Source: Octopus vulgaris
Taxonomy: Eukaryota
DNA: 64,000 nucleotides
Assembly (NCBI GenBank): GCA_951406725.2
Contig: OX597842.1
Span: forward strand, 7,688,001-7,752,000
Direction: 5' to 3'
Position 1 is the first letter of the stretch, and each line of letters begins with the position of its first letter. Positions 13,228-25,607 of this stretch are shown here, one piece after another. The notes under the pieces are model-generated. The model saw only the letters and a list, made by a program, of their open reading frames with translations. It searched no databases and was not told the DNA's origin. Both the position numbers and the translations under genes were made by a program.

Positions 13228-13237
13228 TAATAATCAC

Positions 13238-13354
13238 CTTAATGAAACTCTCATTGACATAGGCTCTAATCAAGGTGTGAGCGGTGAAATATTCTGGGGC
13301 ACAGCAGCCATAGGCTACAGAAGCCAAGCATAGGACTATAGCAAACCTCAACAT
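13238..13354 (-). CDS. EPDR: Ependymin-related protein (EPDR family), coding exon 1 of 6 (signal peptide + CCAP motif)
   Basis: ATG at 13354; MLRFAIVLCLASVAYG|CCAPEYFTAHTLIRAYVNESFIK; donor AAG|GTGATT, phase 0; 117 nt. A signal peptide followed by CC-x-P is typical of invertebrate EPDRs. Confidence 0.9.
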
Positions 13355-13410
13355 GTTGGTGTGTGTACGTACGTGATAGGAGAACAATCTGGAAAACAGG
13401 ACTACCTTCA

Positions 13411-13417
13411 CTTTATA
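13411..13417 (-). promoter_or_regulatory. TATA box of the EPDR gene
   Basis: TATAAAG on the minus strand ~60 nt upstream of the ATG, implying a TSS near 13385-13390. Confidence 0.6.
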
Positions 13418-13639
13418 ATATAACACCCATGCTGTCTCTCTCTCCCTTCTCCCCCACCTTTATCCACTGATGACTTCATCCCTCTCTTCACCCCTCATCT
13501 TACCCACTACCACAACCACCACCTCCACCACCACCACCATCACTGTTACCAACTATTTCCGTATGTGCGTGTATGTGTGTGTGTGAATATATATATATCT
13601 ATATTTATATAGATATGTATATGTATGTATATATATATG

Positions 13640-13734
<95 letters not shown>

Positions 13735-13836
13735 ATATGTATGTATATGTAGATATGTGTATATATATGTGTATGTATATACATATATCCATATATATGT
13801 ATATATATGTGTGTGTATATATAGATATATAAATAC

Positions 13837-13879
<43 letters not shown>

Positions 13880-14726
13880 CACACAATATACATATGTACA
13901 CACATATGTACACACACACACACACACAGATATACACTGTCTTATGCAGATAACTGTACTCCTCCACAAACATAGATTGTAAGAGATAGACAGATAAAGA
14001 GAGAGAGAGAGAGGGGGGGAAAGAGTGAGTGATAGGATGTGTGTGTGTGTGTGTGTGTGTATGTGCATGTGTGTCTAGATAAGATTACGTTTCTCTAGGC
14101 TTCGTGCTCCCTCCTGGGTATCATACCATATGTTAAGGTGAGGATAGCGTGGTTGTTTCGTAAGATGGAGTACAGCATGTACTAATGGTGGCTGAAATGG
14201 CCCTGGGGCTGAAACAAAGTGTATATATATATATACACACACACACACAATAATAAAGGGTAAAATTAATTAATTAATTAATAATAATTTTACCAAGTAG
14301 TTTGTTATGTTAAAAGAACTGTTATTGGTAAACTTATACATAAAATTTTTACTAACCATTTCATTGTCTTATAGTAGTGAAATGGTTAGTTTTAACAACT
14401 ATTTCTAAATTTCGGTATGTGGTGAAGCAAATTTTTGCTGAACCCTAATTACAATTATACTCATAATTATAAAATTTTATGTATATATATTTTAACGGCA
14501 GTGCCCCAGCATGGCCACAGCTCTGAGGTGAAGCTACAGAAAAAAATATATATATAGGCAGAGTGTGACTGTATTAAGAAGCTTGCTTCCCAACCACATG
14601 GTTCTGGGTTCAGTCCCACTGTGTAGCACCTTAGGCAAGTGTCTTCTACTATAGTCTCAGGCTGACCAAAGCCTTGTGAGTGGATTTGGTAGATGGAAAC
14701 TGAAAGAAGCCAGTCGTATGTATATA

Positions 14727-14775
<49 letters not shown>

Positions 14776-14793
14776 ATATGTATGTATGTATGT

Positions 14794-15045
14794 ATATAAT
14801 TTAGAGAAAAACCTCTATTAAACAATTCAATAATGAAAGATCTTATTCACACCACATAGAAAACATATACTATAAAAACCTTATTCTAAAAATCAATAAA
14901 GTTTTTCTTCTCAGAAATATTGTTAAATGTTTTTCGATTATTTATAGTCAATGTTTTTCGATTATTTATAGTCAATGTTTTCCTATATTTATTTGATAAT
15001 TAATATAAGTTAAGACAAGTATATTTATTCTATTATTATTTTATG

Positions 15046-15078
<33 letters not shown>

Positions 15079-15341
15079 TTAGACCTGATGAGTGGCTATA
15101 TTTTTAAATAGAATTAATTTTAGATTGATTTAATTTTAAATAGAATTGATTTTATTATTGTTATCTATTGGAAAATATAGCTATGAAAAGCGCGTAGTCT
15201 TTTTACTACTATTTATTATTTATTGTTCTTGTACTTTATTGATTTTTAGAATAAGGTTTCTATAGTATATGTTTTCTATATGGTGTGAATAACATCTTTC
15301 ATTATAGAATTGTTTAATAGAGGTTTTTCTCTAAATTATAT
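14794..15341. mobile_element. Fold-back element with ~110-bp inverted arms and an internal hammerhead
   Basis: 14794-14902 is the reverse complement of 15233-15341; inserted in the (TA)n of a split SINE A (14557-14720 / 15435-15590). Confidence 0.8.
15081..15200 (+). ncRNA. Type I hammerhead ribozyme motif with long AT-rich stem II
   Basis: agac CTGATGA gtggctatatttt...aaaatatagctat GAAA agcgcg TA gtct; 13-bp stem II; stem III damaged. Confidence 0.65.
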
Positions 15342-15789
15342 ACATATATTATATATAGTGAAATTTGATTTAGAATTGCTAAATTGAATTTTTCCTGTAA
15401 GTTTGGAATTATATTCCTACTATATATATATATTTGTGTGTGTGCCTGTGCTTGTCCCCCACCCGACCAGTGCTTGACAACTGATGTTGGTGTGTTTACA
15501 TCCCAGTAACTTAGTGGTTTGGCAAAAGAAACTGATAGAATAAATACTAGGCTTACAAAGAAAAAGTCCTGGGGTCAATTTGTTTGAATAACACTAGCGT
15601 TTAACTCCATTTATTTATTTATATATATATATTATACAAGATATTTCACATAAACCCGGAGTTTCTACCTTTAAAATCAAGGTGTTACATCCTTATTACT
15701 ATTTTTTGCTACCCTGATAACTTTTATACATTTTTCCCATGTTAATTGTAAACAAGGGAAAAATACACACATCTATATATATATATGTG

Positions 15790-15839
<50 letters not shown>

Positions 15840-16035
15840 TTGTTATCGCCATATTAATATGGCATTCTTATAGATATAAGAATAATCGCTGCCGCTGGTC
15901 AGCTCCATGAGGCCACCGCCTTAAGATAGCTATTGATACACGATCTGTATCCATTATAACCTTCGAACATATCATCCATATATATATATATATGGATGAT
16001 ATGTAAATTCGTGAAGCATTCCATATTTTTCTATA

Positions 16036-16430
16036 GGCACAGGTGTGGCTGTGTGGTAAGTAGCTTGCTTACAAACCACATGGTTCTGGGTTCAGTCCTA
16101 CTGCGTGGTACCTTGGGCAAGTGTCTTCTACTATAGCCTCGGGCTGACCAAAGCCTTGTGAGTAGATTTGGTAGACGGAAACTGAAGGAAGCCCGTCATA
16201 TATATGTACATATATATATATGCGTGTGTGTGTTTGTCCCCCAAGCATTGTTTGACAACCGATGCTGGTGTGTTTACGTCCCCGTAACTTAGCAGTTTGG
16301 CAAAAAGGACTGATAGAATAAGTACTAGGCTTACAAAGAATAAATCTTGGGATCGATTTGCTCGAATAAAGGCGGTGCTCCAGCATGGCCACAGTCAAAT
16401 GACTGAAACAAGTAAAAAAGTAAAAAAAAA
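16036..16430 (+). mobile_element. SINE family A
   Basis: Full-length; forms an inverted pair with 16945-17335. Confidence 0.85.
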
Positions 16431-16784
16431 CCAGTAAACTATTTCTCTGTTATTTATGACTACACACTCACACACACGCATACACACACTCATACACACT
16501 CACACACACACATACACACACATAGATCCCGGACTATTTATTTCTTGGTGAAAACTGACCAAATGAGTGTAACAGATTCCTGCCTCTCAAAGGTGAAGAA
16601 TTACATTTGTTTCAGGTTTTAGAGTCTGACATGACATCTGTGAGGCTGAGCTCTTTGTGGATGCGAAACTGTTGGTCACTCTATGACCAACATTAACTTA
16701 ATTAATTTTAATACATTACTGTCCAATCCTTTAGAGTGTGCTTCTTTTTCAGATTTATGATACATCGACGATATACATACATAT

Positions 16785-16818
<34 letters not shown>

Positions 16819-16944
16819 GTTTGGTAATTTGTAATTTTGGTAAGCATGTCTGTTAAAATGAGATGACAGTGTTATTTTCATTTTTGTGTAATTTAGACAA
16901 TACTATATTCCCCACACCCTGTAAATATATTCTTTAATACTTTA

Positions 16945-17137
16945 TTCTTTTACTTGTTTCAGTCATTTGACTGCAGTCATGCTGGAACACCACCTTTAGT
17001 CAAACAAATCAACCCCAGGACTTATTCTTTGTAAGCCTAGTACATACTCTATCGGTCTCTTTTGATGAACCACTAAGTTATGGGGGACATAAATGCACCA
17101 GCATCAGTTGTCAAGCAATGTTGGAGGGACAAACACA

Positions 17138-17183
<46 letters not shown>

Positions 17184-17335
17184 ATGGACTTCTTTCAGTT
17201 TCCGTCTTCCAAATCCACTCACAAGGCTTTGGTCGGCCTGAGGCTATAGTAGAAGCCACTTGCCCAAGGTGCCATGCAGTGGGACTGAACCCGGAACCAT
17301 GTGATTGGTAAGCAAGCTACTTACCGCACAGCCAT
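16945..17335 (-). mobile_element. SINE family A
   Basis: Full-length reverse copy. Confidence 0.85.
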
Positions 17336-17404
17336 GTATATACGTCTCCTCAGTAGTACATATATCCAAGAAAGAAGCATTCTTTAAGGTATTAGAGCAG
17401 TAAA

Positions 17405-17638
17405 ATATTTTCTAGGAAGTGAATTATTATGGCCAGTCATAGAATGACCATTGGTTTTGCACCAATAATGCACTTAGCAGTATAGGTTACTCTCCAGACC
17501 GAAATGGCTGAAAGCACATAACGTTATGTACCTTAAGCCATTTGTGCCTAACAAGTCGGCTATACTGGTAAGTGCTTTATTGGTGCAAAACCAGTGGTCA
17601 TTCTCTGACTGGCCATAACTTTTGATTTCCTAAAATAT
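17405..17638. repeat. Imperfect hairpin element
   Basis: 17427-17485 vs 17560-17618 inverted; diverged single arms at 16550-16790(-) and 33960-34112. Confidence 0.75.
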
Positions 17639-17651
17639 GTCTATGTGTATA

Positions 17652-17681
<30 letters not shown>

Positions 17682-17682
<1 letters not shown>

Positions 17683-18050
17683 CATCATCATCATCATCGT
17701 TTAACGTCTCTTTTCTGTGCTAGCATGGGTTGGACGGTTCAACTGGGGTCTGGGAAGCCAGGAGGCTGCACCAGGCTCCAATCTGATCTGGCAGAGTTTC
17801 TACAGCTGGATGCCCTTCCTAACGAGTGTAGTGGGTGCTTTTCATGTGCCACCAGCACAGGGGCCAGACGAGGCTGGCAAACGGCCACGATCGGTTGGTG
17901 CTTTTACGTGTCACCAACACGGATGCCTGTCAGGCGGAGCTGGCAACTGCCATGTTCAGATGGTGCTTTTAACGTGTCACCGGCACAGGTATCTTAACTA
18001 CAATTTCTATTTGACTTTCATTTTGATATTGGTGTTAACGTACTTGATAC
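17682..18050 (-). mobile_element. Dispersed repeat family D with (GAT)n tail (probable retroposon 3' end)
   Basis: catcatcgtttaacgtc..ggatgcccttcctaa; copies at 7115-7535, 11594-11790, 47050-47210 and 57625-57968 (opposite orientation). Confidence 0.7.
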
Positions 18051-18051
18051 A

Positions 18052-18090
<39 letters not shown>

Positions 18091-18115
18091 GTGCATGTGT
18101 TTGTGTGTGTGTGTA

Positions 18116-18339
18116 TGAGGGAGTGCTGAAAAATTCATGGCTTTGGATAAAAGAAAATACAAGAGGAACAGTTAATTATGATTTTATTCAACATGTTCCC
18201 CTCTCAGATTTACACACCTATTGCAGCAGTCCTTCAGTTTTTCTAAGCCCTGTAAAAGAACTTGGAAGGTTGAGCCTCTGACCGGGCCTTTCATCTTTTC
18301 ATGATGCCCTAAAAGCCAGGAACTTTTCACCACCCCTCA
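18116..18339. mobile_element. Short mariner-type MITE
   Basis: TIRs tgagggagtgctgaaaaattcatggcttt / aaagccaggaacttttcaccacccctca with TA flanks; related pieces at 46943-47260. Confidence 0.75.
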
Positions 18340-18827
18340 TATATATATATTGCATCCACCTCTCTATCTTCTTTCCCCATGTGACCGGTATTCGGCCAAG
18401 CCTGACCTTTCTTCCTTGGTTCAACTACCATCCGTTCAACATCTATATTTCTTCCCACGCCTATCATCTCTTATGTCCCTGCCATAAGGCTTCACTTCCA
18501 CACACCCAGCTTAATTTAATTTGTCCTTAGTCGAAAGACACCTGTTGTTATGTCCTGTTATTTGCATTTGTATTTGTGTATCATTTCTCCATTCTTTTCC
18601 TTCCTTGTTTTTGTATACATTCACTGCTTTCTTCCAAGGAATCTAATGCTCTTAGCTTACGTTTTCCTTGTAGCTGGCCAGACTGGAGCAATCTTGAGTA
18701 TAACCAGCCGAAATTGCAAAAAAAAATCTGAAACTTGACTGAAGAAAGAAAACTCTGAATGACCAATCCTTGTTTTCTTTGTATTGTCTGTCTGAATGTT
18801 TTGCTTTCTTGTCCCATTTTTGTATTT

Positions 18828-18883
<56 letters not shown>

Positions 18884-18889
18884 CATGTG

Positions 18890-19270
18890 GCTTGCTTACC
18901 AACCACATGGTTGCGGGTTCAGTCCCACTGTGTGGCACCTTGGGCAAGTGTCTTCTACTATAGCCTCGTCCAACCAAAGCTTTGTGAGTGGATTTGGTAG
19001 ACGGAAACTGAAAAGAAGCCCGTTGTATATATGTATATGTATATACATGTGTGTGTGTGTTTGTGTGTCTGTGTTTATCCCCCTCCCCCAACATCACTTG
19101 ACAACCGATGCTGGTGTGTTTACGTCCCCATAACTTAGCGGTTCGGCAAAAAAGACAGAAAGAATAAGTACCGGGCTTACAAAGAATAAGTCCTGGGGTC
19201 AGTTTGCTTGACTAAAGGCGGTGCTCCAGCATGGCCACAGTCAAATGACTGAAACAAGTAAAAGAGTATA
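18890..19270 (+). mobile_element. SINE family A
   Basis: Slightly 5'-truncated copy. Confidence 0.85.
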
Positions 19271-19614
19271 TAAATATATATATAAATATATATATTATAC
19301 ACACATACCCAGACACACACATGTATGTATGCATTTATATATACTCGTATGTATTTTGTGTGGTAGTTGAATTCTACCTCTGAAGGGTGAAATAATTTGT
19401 TGCAGAGAACCTTAAGTATATTCGTCCCCTGTAAATAAATGACTCCTTCATTTATCACCCAAGGAGGAACAAAAGACAAAGATGACCAGGATAGGATTTA
19501 GGGATTAGAAGATTCCCTAAGTACAGCAGGAGACTTTACCTCTATGTGGTACCTTCCTATAATGTACTACAAGCTATTCTTGTCCAGTACTCCACCAGTT
19601 GCATATTTTAAAAA

Positions 19615-20615
19615 TTGTTGTCGTCATTTAGCCCCAGGTCAGTCTTGATCCAGCAGACCTATGATCAGAGATGGTCCAGCTGTGACCATTCTATCTATTA
19701 TTCAGACAGTGTATGTAGGACTATATTGTACTAATGTATAAAATAGTAGTTAGTATTAGCAGCTATAGTTGCTGTTGTTTAACCCCAGGTCAGTTCTGAT
19801 CCTGCAGACCTAGATCAAAGTCGCTCCAGCTATGACCATCACATCTTTTATTCAGACATAGTGTATCTAGGACTACATTATCTAATGTATAACATAGTAA
19901 TATTAGTGACTATAGATTTTGTTCAGCCCTAGGTTAGACCTGATCCAGCAGACCTATGATCAAAGCTGTTCCAGGTGTGACCATGACATCTTTTATTCAG
20001 ACATAGTGTATCTAGGACTACATTATCTAATGTATAACATAGTAATATTAGTGACTATAGATTTTGTTCAGCCCTAGGTTAGACCTGATCCAGCAGACCT
20101 ATGATCAAAGCTGTTCCAGGTGTGACCATGACATCTTTTATTCAGACATAGTGTATCTAGGACTACATTATCTAATGTATAACAGTAATATTAGTGACTA
20201 TAGATTTTGTTTAGCCCTAGGTTAGACCTGACCCAGCAGACCAATGACCAAAGCTGTTCCAGCTGTGACCATCCCATCTTTTATTCAGACATAGTGTATC
20301 TAGGACTACATTATCTAATGTACAGTATAGTAGATAGTATTAGTTGCTATAGTTGTTGTTTAACCCCAAGTCAGTCTTGATCCAACAGACCTATGATCAA
20401 AAGTGTTCCATCTGTGGCCATCCATCTTTTATAGGCACAGTTTATCTAGGACTACAGTATTTAATGTATAATATAATAGTTGGTAATCGTGGCCATAGTT
20501 GTTGCTCAGCACCAGGTCAGTTCTGATCTAGAAGACCTATAATTGACCTAGTTCAAGATGTGACTCTTCTATCTTTTACATGCCACAGTCCATCTTGGAC
20601 TAAACGTTGTAATGT
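19615..20615. repeat. Tandem array, ~145-bp unit, about 6-7 copies
   Basis: Unit starts at 19921, 20066 and 20209; related units at 6270-6580 and 42105-42230. Confidence 0.88.
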
Positions 20616-20983
20616 ACATTTCCCTTTCAAGCATATCGTTTGAAAGATATCGAGCCATTATGATTGCAGGTGAAGTAGCCATGTAGAGGCTTCCTTCTTA
20701 GCACATGGCTGTGTCAGCATATAACCCTGTTCGCTTCAGTAGTGGTGGTCGTAGTGGGGAGAGATATGATTGTGCTGGTTGTGGAAGCGATGACAGTGAT
20801 AGCAGAGCTTGTGGGTGGAGGCTGTGGTGGCAGTAGGGAGTGTGGTAGCAATGATAAGATCTAGGGTGAGAACCTAGTCACCTGGTTGGTAAACGACACA
20901 CACACAAACACACACACACCCACATATGTATACACACATATATATACATGTAAATATATACATTTATGCAGATACATACATGT

Positions 20984-21037
<54 letters not shown>

Positions 21038-21038
21038 G

Positions 21039-21145
<107 letters not shown>

Positions 21146-21239
21146 TTTTTTCTGAATTTGTATGAGTGTGTATAGAATAATATATCAGTTGATTAAAGTT
21201 AAAACATGGTCTGGTTTTCTCATTTTATATTTTTGGGTT

Positions 21240-22375
21240 TTTTTAACATTAAAATAATATTTTGTAATGTTCATAAAGTTCAATTAGTGCTTTCTTATGT
21301 CTGTAGTGATCATCAGATTTCAAAATGTATTTAACTGAGATCTTGACATCTGTAGTACCTCTTAGTACATGCCAACAAGCTGAATTTGTGGAATACGGGT
21401 TTTGACCAATCTACATGCAGCTTAAACATCATGGTTTGTTGGACACACTGATATTCTGTAATTTGTTTATATTCATATGTTAAACATATTTTTTAATCCA
21501 CATCATTAACTGGCTGTTATATAATTGCTGTTATTTCCGTTCAGAACAGGTTTGAACATTTTAATAAACCGTTTTTCTTTTATCTTTCTTCCAACCTCAC
21601 TTGTGTCATGTAGTTTGTGGAAAGGAAAAATTAGGAACGTTTTCTGACCACATGTCTCTATACATTCGCTCAATGGAATTTGGCAAACATTGGTGTTCTG
21701 GATTTGTTGTCTGTGAACTTGTGAGCGTTCTGATAATACACTCCCTGTCTCGCCTATATATAATTCCTCACAATTCGGACATTTAATGCAGTAGATCAAA
21801 TTTCTACTTCTGCAGTTCATATCTGCATTTGTGAAAATCTGTCCATTTTTTGTTCTAATGGATCCACTCATATACATGTAGTGACACATTCCACATCTTT
21901 TACGTAGTGGTTAAGATCGCGGGCTATTAATCCCGAGATTCCGAGTTTCACTCCAAGTAGTGACCTCATTCCACATCTTTTATCATTCTTTTCTACTCTG
22001 GGTACAAGGCCTGAAATTTTTGGAGAGGGGACCAGTCAATTAGATCGACCCCAGTATGCAACTGGTACTTAATTTATTGACCCCAAAAGGATAAAAGCAA
22101 AGTCAACCTTGGAGGAATTTGAACTCAGAACATAAAGACAGGCAAAATACCGCTAAGCATTTCACCCGGCAATGCTAATGTTTGTTATCATCACACTTGG
22201 ATACTGTGAATATTTTATCCTGTTTGTTCATGTTGAATTTTGCTTTTGTTAATAATTTCTTTAGGTTCTGTGGTTGCCTTTTGCTTAAGATAAGTGTTTG
22301 ATTAGTTATTATGGTTTTTTTAATTTTTCACTTGAACTATATGAACATTACAAAGTATTTTTTTAACATTAAATA
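21240..22375 (-). mobile_element. 5'-truncated Penelope-like element (linker + GIY-YIG endonuclease) with inverted tail and two nested insertions
   Basis: ORF 21506-21889 NLIYCIKCPNCEELYIGETG..R...HRQQI; upstream KRQPQNLKKLLTKAKF at ~22240-22305; inverted tail at 22332-22354 vs 21261-21283; ttttaacattaaa direct repeats at both ends. Confidence 0.88.
21282..21319 (-). ncRNA. Degenerate hammerhead in the 3' region of a Penelope-like element
   Basis: aat CTGATGA (stem II decayed) GAAA gcac TA att, ~190 nt downstream of the GIY-YIG ORF stop on the same strand. Confidence 0.55.
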
Positions 22376-22544
22376 TTGGTAGGGATAAATATAGGAAAAT
22401 TAGTGTCAAGCAATGAGGAGGAACAGACGAACTTTAAGTTTATTGAAATATGTTGGTGACATATTTTAACTACTAAAGGCAAATTCATTGCAATTATGAT
22501 GGAGAATAAAATGATGGCTCTGAACATTAATCATTATGTGCTGA

Positions 22545-22815
22545 GGATGAACAACTCAGAGCTCAAAAATAACACAGAGGAGACTGAGGTTGGATGGACA
22601 TGCTCACCACCATTCAGAGTTGATACTGCACTCAGTGCTCCTGTGGGAGCCCCTACACAGACACACTAGAAGAGGGAGACTGAGGATGACATATGGTGAT
22701 GCCCTAAAGACAGACACTGGTCTCTGGGAGACACAGGACATGGCAGCGATGATGAGGGACAAAGACTGCTGGAAAGAACTCGTCCATGGATCTTGGGAAT
22801 TTCACCCACCGTAGA
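22545..22815 (+). mobile_element. RTE-clade LINE 3' fragment
   Basis: RRLRLDGHAHHH..VLLWEPLHRHTRRGRLRMTYGDALKTDTG..MRDKDCW. Confidence 0.7.
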
Positions 22816-22829
22816 ATAGAATACATGCA

Positions 22830-22863
<34 letters not shown>

Positions 22864-23159
22864 TATGTAGATAGATAAATAGATCACATGAAGGCATGTG
22901 GCCTAGTGGTTACGCTGTTGCACTCATGATCACTAGATCATGGGTTCGATTCCCTGACTGGGCTGCACATTGTGTTCTTGAGCAAAACACTTCATTTCAC
23001 GTTGCTTCAGCCCCCCCCCTTCCAATCAGTGAGGAATGTTGGCCTGCTCACCTAGCTAGCGGGGTGACATCATTCAAAGGCTAGAAGAATGCAAAAAAGC
23101 ATTGTGGCCAGCGATGTGTAACAACATCTGGTCAGTCACATGGATATATATATATATGA

Positions 23160-23340
23160 TAGATCTTTAGCCACTACACACATTTTTTTTCTCTCCTTGT
23201 TTTTTCTGTGTCCCTTCATGTCGAAGAGCGTAGTCTTGAAACGTAAAAGACTTTTTCTATTCCTGAGTGTTATACTAATACATCTGTTTGTTTTCTACAC
23301 CACCTGTCTTTGTCTTTTGTTTTTTCTTAAACTCTTCCTA
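23160..23340 (+). mobile_element. Short (TA)n-flanked Penelope-type pLTR relic with a decayed hammerhead (23213-23250)
   Basis: tgtcga agagc-gtag-tctt GAAA cg TA aaag; similar size and layout to 59171-59350. Confidence 0.45.
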
Positions 23341-23914
23341 TATATATATATATAAAAGTTTGTCTGTCATCCCTCAACTCCTCACCTTAAGGCAGTACCA
23401 GTTATTTGATCTTTCCCACCCTTACCTAATCATTTCATCCTCTCCGTCTTTCCCATACCATCCTCTTAACCCCCTCACTCCTATTGATTTGTTAAGAATA
23501 TTCTTATCATCACCAACAACCAAGTACATTGCATCAACATCTTTTTTCTCCTATTTAGTCTCTCTCTGTATTCAGATGATCTATTTTTCCTGCTCCTGTA
23601 GACATCCTTCTTCTTCTGATGGAATAAGTTGCAAGTAACCTTTAGCGCTGCACACATTAGGATTGGTTCTGCACTAAATATGTAACTATTCTTGAAACAG
23701 CTGTTAAGCACCATCTACATGTCTCTTTTTGATCAATTACAATTTGTTTTTTACCTGTGACACCGTTGATTTACTTACCAATATATCATATCAACACTAT
23801 GGGCTTTTACCTCATCCTGGAGTGTACCTCTCTGCCGCTGGGCCATTATGAGCTTTTCCTGCCCCAGCATCTTCCTGGTTTCCTGCTCTATATATGTTTA
23901 TACACATTTTATCT

Positions 23915-24133
23915 TTTATTAGTTTCAGTCTTTGGACTGTGGCCATGCTGGAGCAGCACCTTGGAGGTCTCAGACACACAGATCAATCCTGGTGCTTATA
24001 CTTCTTTTCTAAGTCTGGTAATTGTTTTATCGATCTTATTTTGCTGAAATGCTAAGTTACAAGGTCGTAAACAAACCAATATCAGTTGTCAAGTGGTGGT
24101 GGGGGACAAACACAAACACAAATACAGATACAT

Positions 24134-24197
<64 letters not shown>

Positions 24198-24350
24198 GAT
24201 AGGCTTCTTTCCATTTCTGTCCACCAAATCCACTCACAAAGGTTTGGTCAACCCAGTGGTTTAGTAGAGGACACTTGCTCAAGGTGCTGTGCATTGAGAC
24301 CGATCTCAACCACAAGGTTGGGAAACAACCTTCTTATCACACAGACACAA
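23915..24350 (-). mobile_element. SINE family A, diverged
   Basis: Same modules with more substitutions. Confidence 0.7.
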
Positions 24351-24399
24351 CTGGACCTATTACATATATTTATATTTCTCTTCAATATGTTATAGAAAT

Positions 24400-24746
24400 A
24401 TAAAAAAAATATAATTGGTTTGATACCTACTGAGTGCCTGTTTATACTTTTGAGAGATCTAGATTACATGATTCTTCTTCATTTAAGATCAGTAGAAAAT
24501 ATTCCATAAATTTAAGTAAATGCATCTGGGACTTAAAAGACAGGAAGATTAACTATGATATAAAGTGGTCCATTATTAGTTTACACATCATTGTACAATA
24601 CTGGTAATTTTAAATGTGATCTTTGCATTGAAGAAACATATTATATAATTATTTCTAAATTAGAATTATGAAATTGTAGAAATAATCTGATATTGAAATG
24701 TTCTCATAAATATAGAAAAACATTTAATTATTTCAATACTAAATAA
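24400..24746 (+). pseudogene. Decayed Penelope-like GIY-YIG C-terminal fragment
   Basis: LSKCIWDLKDRKINYDIKWSII../..KCDLCIEE..*NCRNNLILKCSHK, with a frameshift and a stop. Confidence 0.75.
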
Positions 24747-25458
24747 CCCATTAATTATAATTACTTTTCTCTTAATCTAATATGTATAATTTTTCTAAAA
24801 TGTTTTTAGCATATATAATTGTTGTGATGTAAATTTTATTTTTTATTCTTTCGTTATCTACTGACGTCATCAAAAGTTAAATGCTAAACTGGTTTTTCTT
24901 AGACTAATATATTTCTTCTTAACATTCTCGATGTATGCATTTGTCTATTAGAGATGTTTTCTTCACTTTGAATTTTACCAATTTTGGATTGCTTAGATAA
25001 TGTTATGTTAGCATATATTTTTAGATATAATAATTTGACTGGTATTTTATCCCTTTCTCTCTGTATCTAAATATTCTGGCACAACAGAAATGCTTGTTGG
25101 TGTTGTATGGTGAAATCACCAATCAAAGATGTGATTTTCTCCATTCTTATTCTTATACTCTGAACTTCTTGAGATTCTTCTAAATGATATTTGGATTTAC
25201 TTGTTATTTTTTGAATTTATTGGTGCCTGATTGATTGATATAGTTAATCAAATTCGTTTAATACAGAACACTTTATGGATATCTGCCTGAATTTGTGAAT
25301 CCTTTTTACTTATATATATATATCTATGTGTGTGTATGTATATATATATATACATGTACATAAGTTCATACATATATATATTATATATATTTATATATAT
25401 ACATATATACATATATATATATACATATACATACATACATACATATATATATATACAT

Positions 25459-25534
<76 letters not shown>

Positions 25535-25607
25535 ATATACACATACATACATATATCATCATCATCATTATTTAATGTCTTCCTTCCATGCTGGCATGGC
25601 ATATATA

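Noticed and set aside
18700-18780. CTGAAGA..ctctgaat hammerhead candidate
   Set aside because: GAAA and the stems are not intact; at most a relic.
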